Source: Massalongia carnosa
Lineage: Eukaryota
Direction: 5' to 3'
NCBI GenBank assembly: GCA_965645245.1
Contig: OZ287070.1
Span: 1,922,001-1,986,000 of the forward strand
DNA: 64,000 bases
Of this stretch, positions 23,058-35,540 are shown one piece after another. The notes beneath the pieces are model-generated. The model did not search any database, was not told the DNA's origin, and worked only from the letters and a program-made list of their open reading frames with translations. Both the position numbers and the translations under genes were made by a program. Position 1 is the stretch's first letter, and every line of letters starts with the position of its first letter.

Positions 23058-24165
23058 ATGATGACGCCACCGAACCGCAAAAAGCCGATTATTCCTCCAT
23101 CTAGAAACACTCGTAATCTTTCTGAACACACCAATGATGAAGAACAGAGCAATAGGCACCCGAGCGGTGTAGAAAGTCCATTCCAGGTTGAAAGCCTCAG
23201 GCAAGCTGCGACAAACGTGCCGTCAGAGCCTGGAAGTGTGAGCAGTGTATATGTGATACGACCAACGTCGTTATGGAACTCAATGCCGAGGTTCAAAACC
23301 TTTACCGGTTGGTTGTCTCTTTCTCCCGTCTGTCTGAGCCAACCCTGATGGATCTGCCCAGTGAACGGCAACCAGTATGCCATCCATGATGACATTTGCA
23401 CCACCCGTACCCGCCGCATCGATGGTGGGCTAACGGAAAGAGGGGTAGGATCTTCTTTTAGGATCGAGCGACAGACTTGGGTGGCCCGTGTCCTGGAAAT
23501 CAAGGCCCGTGATGAATCCCATGTGTATCTGCGCGTATTTTGGTACTACAAACCCGAACACCTCCCTGACGGTGGAGAAATATATCATGGGGAACAAGAA
23601 CTCATCGCCAGTAACTCCATGGACGTGATTGACGCCTGTACCGTGATCGGCCGCGCAGATCTGACTCACTGGAACGAAGGCGACGAGGATTTCCCTTCCG
23701 AATGCTCTTCGTTTTACTGGCGGCAAACCTATGATGTTGTCACCAACAAGCTCTCCGTCAGTAGATGCCTTCCATTTCTCCCAGTCGACGTTAGCTAATT
23801 TCTATCAAAAGGAACTCGAAAATTACTGCACTTGCTTCGAGCCTCAGAACCCGGATGAGCCGCTTCTCCAATGCATCCATGAAGAATGCTTCACCCGGCT
23901 ACATCAATGCTGCATCATCGAATCCGTGCTGACGCGTCTGAACGAACGGGCTGCCGTGGAAGCTGCCACTACCGTCCATGCAGCCAAGAAGAGCCACCAA
24001 AGAGCCCCTCACCCCAAACCTGGAGAAAGCTTTGAGGCCAGAATAATTGGCATGAACGAGGTTGATGAAACACCGAAGCTGGAGATTCGGGATTACAGGA
24101 GCAACCCACCGCTCATGTGGAGAGAGGCAATCGTGTGTCTCAATTGCGAGAAACCCATCGAATGA
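23058..24165 (+). CDS. BAH-PHD domain chromatin reader (EBS/SHL- or EPR-1-like); introns about 23308-23361 and 23757-23811
   Basis: BAH: WVARVLEIKARDESHVYLRVFWYYKPEHLP...ELIASNSMDVID...FYWRQTYD. Split PHD: YCTC...QC...C...H.CC ... CLNC. Start codon uncertain. Confidence 0.85.
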
Positions 24166-25413
24166 GTGAATCATCGCATATCGAAGCTGGGGGAAAATGT
24201 GGATGCCCTACGCTCAGGGTGGGAGGACGTTTTTTGCCAAATTCTCGCTACTTAGAGTGAGTTCGAGCTGTAGGAATAGAGCTTGTATGATGTATCGTCC
24301 ACTGTTGTTTACGGCGAGTAATATTCTTGCTTCCACCTGGCGGAGCACAGATTCACACCCTGGCTTTCTGTGGATATTCGCATTTGATACTTACTTTCTG
24401 CGATCAGCGATCAGCGCTACCTACCTACCCACACAGTTCGGCAATCCCAAGCTTTCGTGTAATAAACAACCATCATTACTCCGTGCAATCATTCAATCAA
24501 TCTTCCTCGGCTAGCAATCTACATAACCCACCCCCCCCAAAACCAAAATAACCATAACCATAAACCAGAACAAAAATAAAAGTCTACTCTTTTCCCTTCT
24601 TCCTCCCTAATTCATTTAAAACGTTTATGCCTCTCGGGTGTAAAAGCGCGTATGGACTGATTGATATTTAGGGAGGATGAGTGTTAAAAAAATAAAAAAA
24701 AGGGCAAGAAGCAAAAGGCAAGGTAACTACAGCAAACAAGGGAAAGGGGAAGGGAATAAGGGAAGGCAGAAATCCCTTATAGCCGACACCCAGGTAAATA
24801 ACATATTCGTAACCACCCCCCTAGGATGTTAAGAAAAAGATCGAGAAGAAAAACCCCCGGCCTCCGGATGCTAGAATAATAGGACACCTTTTCTTCCCCG
24901 GTGGCGTCAGAACCGGAATAGACAGATAGCCAAGCTAGACCGTTAGATTGATAGATTACATACATACATAAAATAAACCCGGTATAGTTATGCATAGTAC
25001 ACAGAGGACGACTCACGCCCCGCGGATTTTGGAAATCCCGGGTTTTGGAAACTCGTTCGCCAAAAGCCCAGCGATTCGGGATATTGATTGATTGCATTAT
25101 TCTACATATTTATTAACTCATGGGACGATGGATGTCATAACATTAATATAACAATCACTTACTCAATACAGCATACAACATAACAATACAAGATAGATAG
25201 AAAAGAAAAAGAAATAAGGAAATACCCAAGAGAAGACCGAGAGGAGAGAAGTGGTAGATATGTGTAACTATAGATTTTGATGGGGTTTATTGGCACATTA
25301 GTATATGTAATGAGAATGAGATTGGATTAAAGGAGGAAGGGAGGGAGGGGATGGGTCAAGAAAATGGGGTTGAACGAATGAATAAGAAGAAGAAAGTTAA
25401 GCAGACGGATTTC

Positions 25414-25473
25414 GTGTGTCTGTGTGAGTGTGAATGTGTGTGTGTGAGAGAGAGAGAGAGAAGGGGGGGGGGG
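25414..25473. repeat. Compound (GT)n-(GA)n-G run microsatellite
   Basis: Seen directly: gtgtgtctgtgtgagtgtgaatgtgtgtgtgtgagagagagagagagaaggggggggggg. Confidence 0.85.
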
Positions 25474-25846
25474 AAGAAATATATCATAGGTAGGTACTCG
25501 TATATAGCCAACGATACTAAAAGAAAGAATTAATTAATTAATTATAAATGGAATTAATATCGTCAGAATTCCTCCGTTGCCCCACTATTTCCCTCATGTC
25601 ATGCCAAGTCATGCCCCCTGGTATCTCCAAGCCCTAACCTAACCGCTCCTTGCCTCCTTTTGACTTCGTTAGAACCCTAACCCCCTACCCTTCTTACGAT
25701 TCAAAGCACAAACGCAGAACGATCACAAAAAAATGGCCCACAACCGCTCAATGCTTGTAAAAATAGAAAACAACAAACGTAGAAAATCGAGAATAACAAA
25801 AAAACTCACTACCCGAACCAACAACCTACCAAACCCACAAACCCCC

Positions 25847-27182
25847 CTATGGCCACCATCCCATCCTCTCATAACTCTCCACAACCTCCCTCACCGCATC
25901 CTCCCCAAGCTTCTGCCTCTCAGCTGCAATCTCCCATCCCAGCACCTCCACCGCCCGCCCGGCATCCAAGCACAAATCGCAATCCTTCAACAGCTCCTTC
26001 TCCATAAAGGGGCTCAATGGCCCCGGCTTCGTGATGCCCTTCTCCTTTAGCAAATCCGCCCATGGCTGCAAGTTCTCCTCGTTGACATCGTCGACCACGC
26101 TGTCGAGGTTGAAGCGCGCAAACGAGGACACTAGGGTGCCTTGGAAGCCGGTAGGGATGTGAAAGATGGAGGCGAAGATGCCGGCCAACGTGCCCTGAGA
26201 GGTGTCGCCTTTGTCGGCGATGTTGAAGGCGCGCAAAGGGGAGGTGGCATAAGGGGTCGAGCCACACCAATTCGCGGCGAGCCAGGCGGCCTGGCAGACG
26301 TCCCAAACATGCACCGTGTTGACCCGTAGCTCTTTGCCCCATAACCATTTCATCTCACGCTTCTGACTTTGGTAGACTCGCGCAAGACAGAGCCCACGGG
26401 CCAGAAATCCCACGTCATAGGGTCCGTAGACGTGCACTAATCTTAAGACTGCGTAACGGAGACCTTCCTCCTTCGCGAGCTTCTCAAGGCCTTCTTCGGC
26501 TTGCAGTTTGTATTTGGCAATCTTAAGCCAAGGTTTCAGGGGAGCAGATTCTTTGCAGCCGCCGGATGAGACGGTTGAAGAGGATGGCGCTTTGTAGATC
26601 ATGCCGGAGCCGAACTCAATCAGCGCTGGCGTTTTACGGCGGGCGCATTCACGCCCGAGCGCGAGCGAGAGAGCGAGTGAGCGGGCGGAGTAAACCGAGT
26701 CATCTTGAGAATATCGAGTTTCGCCACCGCAATTGAAGACGTACGAAAACTCACGACCAGTGGTGAGGGTGAAGATTTTGGCGAGGGATTCTATCGCACG
26801 AAAATTGATTAGCCGGTCTTGCTTCCGGATTCCTGATTCGGAGTAGCTCACGTTCTCGGCTGGCATCAGCCTGCATGAACTTGTCTGAGGAACAGGCTTC
26901 GGAGAACTCGGGAGCAAGGCGCGCCAATTGGGGGAGAACCTTATCGACAAGGCGGACTTCGGAAGCAAGATTGTTATTATGAATGTGGAGAGCGAGAAAC
27001 CGGCCAATGTAGCCTGGAAAAAGGGATCAGCATCCACTTTCACCATGAGATTCGACGATTCCATTGAGCCTCGACGCCGTACCTAGCCCTCCGATAATCA
27101 ACACCGCGGGTTTTTCATTACTTAACGTCGCCGCCGTCGACGTTGGCGTAGGGGCGCCATGCTCATTCGCAGTCTCTGCCAT
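25847..27182 (-). CDS. NAD-dependent epimerase/dehydratase family protein, two introns near the 5' end
   Basis: KPAVLIIGGLG|YIGRFLALHI Rossmann motif across intron; VFNCGGETRYSQ, YKLQAE, LRLVHVYGPYD, NTVHVWDV, ends MGWWP. Confidence 0.9.
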
Positions 27183-27817
27183 CACCGCTTCGAGTGGACT
27201 ATTGTCTTTACCGGCAGGTGGGTGATACTTGAACACGACAGCAGGAGTGGGGCTTCAGGCAACAGGAGCAAAGACGGAAAACAGGGCGGTGAGCGTCTGT
27301 GGGGGGCATATGGAGGCAGAGAAAAGGTTGGCATGCGTATGGTACACGGCGGCATATATACTTGTACTTGTACGCCCACTTTCACACAATCTTTCCATCC
27401 AGATTTCCGTGAGACGAGGCGGAGGGAAGCTGCAGGTTGCAGGCTCGCAATCCTGCAGCAGGCTCGAGGGACCTGCAGAGCAAGATTAGATCTGCACCGA
27501 ACCGGACAGCGGAGGTCCTGATGAGGAAGTTTCGAAGCTGTCGGAGATTCGCATTGGGGAATGAGGGGAGGTGGGGGAAATGGGGGGGAAAAGTTCCATC
27601 AAGTGAAATGAGTAGGTATGTATCTTACTAGTTTAATGTCGCTGTTCTTTGCTTTTTGACTTTACGAGACGGTATGCAGAGTAAGTAGAGAACCTGGGGA
27701 AGGTGGGAAGGTGGGAAGGTGGAAGCGGGAGACGGGAAGCGGAAAGAATCATGATGATTGGTAGTGCAGATCTCCTCCAAAAGCGAATTAGGCAATTATC
27801 CGTCCTCCATATCCTTC

Positions 27818-27947
27818 CCCTCATAACCCTAATCCCGTAACCCCGTAACGCCGTAACCCACAACCATGGCACGCATGGGTACCTGGCACGCCCAACCCTA
27901 ACAATCGGCCAGGTCCCACGCCCGAACCCTAATCCCTCATCCCTAAC
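27818..27947 (+). repeat. Cluster of telomere-like CCCTAA motifs (interstitial, non-tandem)
   Basis: Perfect CCCTAA at 27827, 27896, 27927, 27941; CCCTCA variants and three CCGTAA units, all on one strand. Confidence 0.6.
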
Positions 27948-28856
27948 GTGAATTGATAGAATCCCATCACACCCAACGACCTAAGCAAGGTACCGACTTA
28001 GATAATCAATGATGAAATTGCCTACCCTCGCCACTTTCCGAGAACAAACTCGGAGATCTTCTCCAGGCTCAGTTTCACGTTTCGAATGGTTCGTTCATCT
28101 CCTTTACTCGTTGGTGGCCTCATCTAGTTAATGCCGGGAAATCGAAAAGGAGAACCCTCCTTCCCTCATCCGTGCAATGGTACTAGTACCAATCACCCAA
28201 AAACCAAAAACCCCATCCTTTGTTTGGTGCTCTGGTCTGTGAAGATTTTTGCTTGTTCCAAAGCTTGCGGGTCATCCCCATTCTTGTCTCCAACTTGCTA
28301 TTGCCTATCGGTTGCACTGCTTCAATATAAGCTATGCATGGCCCCAACTCAAATCTGCACATCAGATCATCATGGTTATAACGATGATACTGTGTGCTGC
28401 ATGCTCACCGCAACCCCCGTCCCCGGAGCAGGGATGAGGTGAAAGGGGGATCGCCGGCGCTATATGAAACGTGCACCGCTTGTCTCGCCGTCACTTTCGC
28501 TAGGAGACTTCAGTCGCGCTGATTTAAGGTTCATGAATTGTAATGGATGGAAAGGGATGATAGTCATGATCAGTCAACGAGCATGAGAGCAGGTCTCATA
28601 ATTTAAATCATGTGCTGCAGAGGTCTAGAGAACCACATAGGAAATACAAATTCATAAAGCTGGAGCCTATCGAACGCGTGGGACGACCCAATTGGCTGGC
28701 ACTGATGCCTGTGCGTAGGTTGCCGTGGAAAAGCGGAAATCTCGAAGACTGACCGCCTGCCGGAGAAACTCTATAGACCCAGAAGCTCTGTAGAAAAATT
28801 GAAAATGAATAAGCAGATCCGCACCGCACAGACCTTTCATGTATCGCCCCTTGTAA

Positions 28857-28926
28857 TGTGCCCAGCTCGATGTGCCAAACTCGATGTGCCAAATTCGATG
28901 TGCCCAACTCGATGTGCCCAGCTCGA
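28857..28926. repeat. Five copies of a 14-bp tandem repeat TGTGCC(C/A)A(G/A)(C/T)TCGA
   Basis: Units start at 28857, 28871, 28885, 28899, 28913. Confidence 0.9.
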
Positions 28927-28997
28927 TGGGTACCACGGGCACTCCTTTACTTTTTGTGCTGTATGCTGGATGGGACACGTGTGATGGCAAGAAGAGC

Positions 28998-31900
28998 CTA
29001 AAATTCCCAGTCCTCGTCCACCGACTTCACAGCCCACTCGAATTTCTCTCGCAGCGTCTTGGAGAAGAATTTTTCAATCGGAACGCCAAACTTCTTAGCA
29101 AAGACAACGGTCAAGCGGGGATCGATGTAATTCTATGATGAAAGCAGGGTTAGCACTCAGAAACACAGTCACAGATCCGTGGAAGTACACACAATCTTTG
29201 ACGTGCCAAGCGCAACCTCCTTGTTGTTCTCTTTGTCCTCAGCTTGGAAAAGCATCGTGTTGATCCGCTGATCGAGTTTCTCTAGGTTATGTTCAAGCTT
29301 TTCGATCGTAGGCCCCTTGCCTTCCGCTTCTACTTTGCCAGTCTTGTTCTCTTTTTTGAACTTGTTAGCCATCTCCTCCGTCACTTGGAGTCTCTCCTCT
29401 AGTTCCTTGTGTTTCATCTCCTTTTCGCCCTCCGCAACGAGCTTCTCATTGTCTTTGGCAAACTTCTTTTCGATCTTTTGACGCTGCTCCTCAACTAAGA
29501 AATTCTGATGCTCTACAATCCACTCCTTGTCTATTTCATCTTCAAGCTCAAAATATTCAGCACCCTTTTCCTTCTTAATCTTGCTGTCTATATCGATCAT
29601 CATCTGCTTGATACGCCATTTTTGATACTTGAGGCCTTGGATGCGATCGCTCATCTTTTCCATCTGCGCGCCGTGCCCGGCAGCAATAGTACGTTTATGG
29701 TTACATAAAATTGCAACTTTACGATTAGCATCATTGTAGTCTTTGATTTTCGCCGCCACGGTGCCGGCCGATTTCATCTCTCGCAAGAGGGTTGCCATTG
29801 TATAAGAGGCATTGTAAGTACGAAAGACCTTTGCGGTAAGACCAGGCATGTAGTTGGAAAGATGTTTGTTAAGTTGGTCTGTCTACAAAGCCGTTAGTAC
29901 AGCGAGAGCGATGGTTTCAACAACACTTACTTTCAGCCGATCGAAAATCTCATCTCCCTCGCCTTTTGGTGGCTTTTTGAAAATCTTCAGATTTTTGAAC
30001 ACCTGCGGCTCCACTTCAACCTCGTCATAAAAGCGGATGCTGTCTTTTCCTAGAAAATCAAAGATGACGATATTAGGCGGCTTTAGCGTGACATGTTCAA
30101 ACTTGAGAGAACAACAGCCAACGGTGTCTGCCTCATCGTCTCCTTTCTCATTCCCAGCACGAAGCGCAAACTTATCAATTAAGTAAACAGCAGTTGCTCG
30201 TTGTCGATTTGCCATAACTTCATCTTTCATTTCACGATTGTAGTCTTTGCGAATCCGATCGATATGTTTCTATAACTACTTAGCTCAAAACCCTTTGGAC
30301 AGCGTGAGGTCGTACCTTAAGCTCCCGTGCCTTCTCAAACTTTTTATAGTCACTCTGGCCTTTGACATCCGAATTAGCCGCAAGCATAACATATTTGTAA
30401 GCGCCATTGATATTTTCCTGCCACATTGCAAGCCATGTACCCTCCCCGTCATGCTTTATTTCTTTCCAGCGGTGGCCCTCAGGGGGCGCTGGGACTGTTG
30501 CCTCTTTTCCGATATTAATCGTGATTTGCTCCGGTTCTACTCTTTTCTTGACTCTGCCAGTCTTCGGGTGCTCGCCTCTGCCACGGAAAAGACCGGGAGG
30601 TTCCACCCGAAAGTTACCAACCTTTTGTCTCCGACCATCCCATACACAATACATATATGGTGCCTCTGCAGCATCTTTCTCGGCCTTTAGTCGTTTCTTT
30701 TCCGCCCCAGAGAGTGCCTTCTTCTCCGCCCGTTGGGCATCATAGTATTCGAAGATAGGGCGGAAATCGCATTTGGTAAACACCTTAATTTCTAACTTGG
30801 CGCCGTGTTTATCTGTTGCACCACCTGTCTCGTCGAGCATTTTCCGGAAGTCGTTGAAGAAATTCTTTTGAAATGTAGGATTTTCAACATTATGAATGGA
30901 ATTTAACATAGCCCCGAAAAAACCAGCAATCTCTTCTGCTTCGAGTGCCATATACACAGGCGTACCTTCATAAAGCATCTTAACGTTTTGAGGGAGCGGC
31001 TCGTAGGGAGGAGGGAAGACAACTCCATTGTGCTCTAGAGTTTTCCATTTCACAGTTCCATCACCTTGCGTAGGATCTTCCCACCAGCGGTACTCCTCTT
31101 CCTCCTCTTCAGCTTCTTGATCTTGTTGCGTTTCCTCTTTCTTGGCTGCCTTGGTCTTCGAACCTTTCTTTGCGGGGATTGAGCTTGCAGGAGCCTTCTT
31201 TTTGGCTGGCAATCTCTGGGTTAGGGGAGCATCATCATTTGATTCATCCTTTTTGACCCCAGTGGGGTCTTTCTTCTTCTTGGAAGCTGATGCTGAAGTA
31301 CCGTTGGATTTCTTCCGTTGTTGCTTCTTGATAATAGGTTCATCCTCGCCATCGCTCTCGTTCTTAGTCCTCTTCTTTGCAGATGTAGCAGAAGCCTTCT
31401 CTTCCTTTCTTATCGCCTTAGCTTCATTTTCAGCCCGCTTCTCGATGGCAGCCTTTTCTTTCGCTAACTTAGCGCCTAATGGAGTATCTGAATCCTCCGA
31501 TTCACCAATCGCTGCACTACTTATTTTCGGGGGTTTCTTCAACATTTTGGCAGACCTGCTCTTTCCCGTCTTACCTACCAGCGGCGCGTCGTCGGAATCC
31601 GAGCCAGCTTCGGATATAGTTTTGGTCGTGGTGACCCGACGCCGCTTGCTCTGGAGCGAGTTAGCATCCAAAATATTATTAGCTGAATGGTCTAGACACA
31701 CTAAAGGCTTCTCATCATCGTCATCGTCATCCGTTGGTTCTTTGTATGATTTTCTTTGCCCAGAGCTGTTGCGAGCCTTACGCTTACCGGTATCCTTATT
31801 GACACCAGGTCCATCAATATCCATTTCTACCATGGGTCCATTGCGAATGGAGATTCCCGGAGCTGCATTCTTTGGCGTTGGGTTCGCCTTGTCCATGGCC

Positions 31901-32167
31901 TTATCAAGGCTTGGGGTTATGGTAGCCTTTGATTTTTGACCACGTCCTGAAACGCCAAGCGCCATATTAGCATGAAGCAACAGGTGTGGATTGATCAGGT
32001 TCTAAAAGCAAGAAGATAGCAAACTGAACCACATCAAAATAACTAGGCAGCTACTGAGACCGTGGTGAAGACTAATTAAGCTAAGGATGAGCAATATACA
32101 TACCATGGCTAAGTCCCTTAGACTTAGACCCATTTGCCAAGGGCATATCATCGTCCGAGGAGCTCAT
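28998..32167 (-). CDS. TOP1: DNA topoisomerase I (type IB), multi-exon
   Basis: [10 protein letters not shown] start; [64 protein letters not shown] (catalytic Tyr); ends DWEF* at 28998. Confidence 0.97.
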
Positions 32168-32696
32168 ATTGAGTGTTGTATGATAGCTAGCAAGCCTAGA
32201 TATTCTGTAATTCAAGAAAGAAGAAGTGGCCAGGTAATAGGCGACGCGACAGCCAGCTAATCCTCTGAGAATGGTGCTGGGCACAAACTGAAGCGATAGA
32301 GTTGTATAAAATGACTGAAATATATGGTCTTTCTGTATGAAGGTCACTCACGAAAGGTGAAGGAAAATGAAGGTGAAGAAACAACGAAATAAGGAAACGA
32401 TTAAGTAGCTGCGCTAGGGTGACCTGGAGAAATCTGAACGAGCATATATTTAGTGTTGCATTCGCTGAAATGGCGTACGGAGGCTGATTGGCTGTCAGAA
32501 TCACGCTTGTCTTAATTGAGGATAGAAGTACTTCATATAGCCGAACGTCACATCTTGGGATTTTTGGAGAAAGTCAACAAGGACAAGCCGGTACGAGTAA
32601 CTAATTCTCGAGACTGGAACTGCCATCACCAAGTGCTTGGACGGTGTACTTAAAGAGTTGATTACGGCTTTGAACCGTTCTTTTCTCAACCTCACT

Positions 32697-33869
32697 ATGC
32701 TCTCTCGCGCTGCCCGTCCATCGCTCAAGGCTGGAGCTGCGGTCTCTATACGGTATATTCCTCCTCCCAGCAACCATTGGTAGACCTTAGAGGACATACC
32801 AAGTACATCATTCATTGCTTGATACTTGATCCTAATCAATTCATCTTCTAGACCAACAGCCGCCACCTCTGCCAATTATGCTACTCTCCGCGAAATCGAG
32901 GGCCGTCTCAAGTCCATCAGAAATATTGAGAAAATCACCAAGACCATGAAAATCGTTGCCTCCACAAAGCTTACCCGAGCTCAACGCGCCATGACCGATT
33001 CTCGACAATACGGCCAAACCTCGAACATGGTCTTTGAGCACGCCGAAACGAAGGCAGTCGAAGACGAGGGCAAGAAAACACTGATCGTGGTTGCGAGCTC
33101 TGACAAAGGTCTTTGCGGGGGCATTCATTCCGGATTGTCGAAGACAGCGCGCAGAATGCTGGAAAAAAAGCCAAACTCTGATATTCTTGTTATTGGAGAG
33201 AAATCTAAAGCGCAGCTGAGCCGGTCGAGCGGTAAAAACATGGTTCTAAGCTTCGCTGGTGTAGGGAAAGATGTGCCGTCATTTGCAGATGCTCAAGCTA
33301 TCGCGGATCAGATTTCTCTCTTACCTGCGAAATATAGTGACATACAGATAATTTACAACAAGTTTATTAATGCTCAGAGTTATGAAGCTACGGTGATCGA
33401 GACTTTCTCGGAAGAGGCGATTGCCAATTCACGTAAGTTTCTAGTCCAACCGGTCTTTCTCCCTGCGGCGTACTTAAGGAAACATAGCCAACTTCGCTGC
33501 CTTTGAGATCGACGATGAGGTTCTTGCCAATCTCCGAGAATATGCACTTGCAAATTCACTTTATTGGGTACGTAAAACCTTACTCCCTCATGTGCGGTTG
33601 ACCAACCCACATATCAGGCACTTGCCGAAGGCCATGCATGTGAACAGTCAGCGCGCCGTAACGCCATGGACGTAAGGATTCCCATTCCAACTCCCGAAAG
33701 GATTATAGAACAGCCCAAAAAAGCTAACTAGCACCATCAGAATGCTTCCAAGAATGCGGGAGACATGATCAACAAATTCCAAATTCTTTTCAATCGTACC
33801 CGCCAAGCCGTCATCACTGGAGAGTTGGTGGAGATTATTACAGGAGCGGCTGCGTCCGAGGATCAATAA
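32697..33869 (+). CDS. ATP3: Mitochondrial F1 ATP synthase gamma subunit, four introns
   Basis: MLSRAARPS presequence; [75 protein letters not shown]. Confidence 0.97.
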
Positions 33870-35540
33870 ATTTTGCTCGAATGTACATTATATACTAGAT
33901 GTTTTACCACAAAAACACCGGTTTTCTCATGTCTCGATGATTGCTATATCCAGAATCATAGCAATTTTAGTTACGGACAGGTTTATATACCATACGCCGC
34001 ATCAACATGGATTAGCTAGCTATGCAGCTACTCGTGCTATGCTTTACCAAAACGAGAGAATATCCATGGAGTAGCAAAGAGAAAAAGGAAAACTTGCTGA
34101 ATGAAAGACTCATGCAGAAAGCAAAGATATGCCCAAAAATATATGTCGAGCTTCTTATTTTATTTTATTCCTTTTCTCATACCCACCTACTAAACATAGC
34201 CTCTTCCCAATCGCAACACCCTCCGAACCCATTTTCCATCAGTGCCGCTAGCTCAGCTGCTTCCATTTACAAACAAAAGAGCCGTCCATATTAACTCCAA
34301 CCAACACCCCATGTTTGTATCCCCCTATTGGGAATTCCTCCCCCAACCGATCGATCGAGTTCCCATTCGCTGCCTAAGGTTTGATGAACGCCCTTTCACG
34401 CCCCTAAACACCTTATCGCCCAAAGCAACACCACCAATATGCAAGCAACGGTATAGATACTACATAACGAAAGATGATTGGGGCCAGGATCAAAAAGGTT
34501 TGAAAAGGAGTAATCAATTACTCGGCTTTATTCTTTTTCCCTGAAGGGGTCTGGTAGAATTAAAGGTAGGGCGAAGATAATGAGTGTGTCTGGTGGAGAC
34601 AAGTTGTTTTAATAACAAAGGAAGGTAGAGATAGAGAGACACGTAGATGAATGACGATATTTGAAGGTCTTTCTTTGGGTTAGTTTCATGAGTAGACAGC
34701 GTTTAAAAATAAAATATCTATTAACATAGCCGAACAACGTTCCCACATAATAAAAACATAAGTCATGGAAGACCACGTCAGATATCCCGTCGTGAAAAGT
34801 GCTTGATACCTAGATTCAAAGTACAGATTTCCGAGGCACTTGTGTCCACAAACCCCTAGACTGATATAGCACCAATGAAGCTGGAAATTTCCTCTCCAGG
34901 GAGTTATTTTTCAAAGGGCTTCACTTCACAGGGCAACGAAGAGGCAAGTAGGTAGGTAGGTATCTAAGCAGGTCACAGAGGGGAGAGAGGGGGAAAAAGA
35001 GAGCAACGGGGAATAACCATATAAAGGGATGGTTGGTAGTTATTTTGGGACGCAGCTTGTTCGACATACCTAATGTAGAACAGCCCCATGCTATATTCCT
35101 AAAATAATTGCTCAACGAGAAGGAAGTTTCTCGCTATGAAAAGTATTAGAGTCCTGAACGGAAGGGTTAGTGGTGATTTTTGTGGGCATTCTCAATACCA
35201 TTCTCTGTGCTCGGAACATTCTAACGAACACATTTCAGAATCTCCCAATAAAACCCTTCAGGACACTCCCATGGACTTTGTAGTGGTGCGCTCCAATGAA
35301 CTCTCATTCTTGTCAACCGAAAGGCCCCTTTGGCTACTCCTGCCTTTTGAAAGGCAACTTTAACGAACGTTGGGTCTTTGCCATGGATATCTGCAAAGAA
35401 TCTTTGTGTTTGTCAAACGGCAGGATGTGAATGTAATTGCCGCTTTGTCCTATCATCCAGCGCTCATCTCCTGCGATAAATGTGTTCTTTAGGAGATCCG
35501 CGAAGTGGGCGTTTAGGTCTATACTCTAAACTTCACTAGC

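Noticed and set aside
28009..28100. ATGATGA as a box C of a C/D snoRNA
   Set aside because: No CTGA box D at a suitable distance and no terminal stem seen.
28857..28926. Repeat array as CRISPR-like
   Set aside because: No spacers, 14-bp period, eukaryotic context, no cas genes.
31142..31939. Long antisense ORFs (also 59617-60423, 22880-23503, 40545-40955)
   Set aside because: Shadow frames opposite real low-complexity or repetitive coding sequence.
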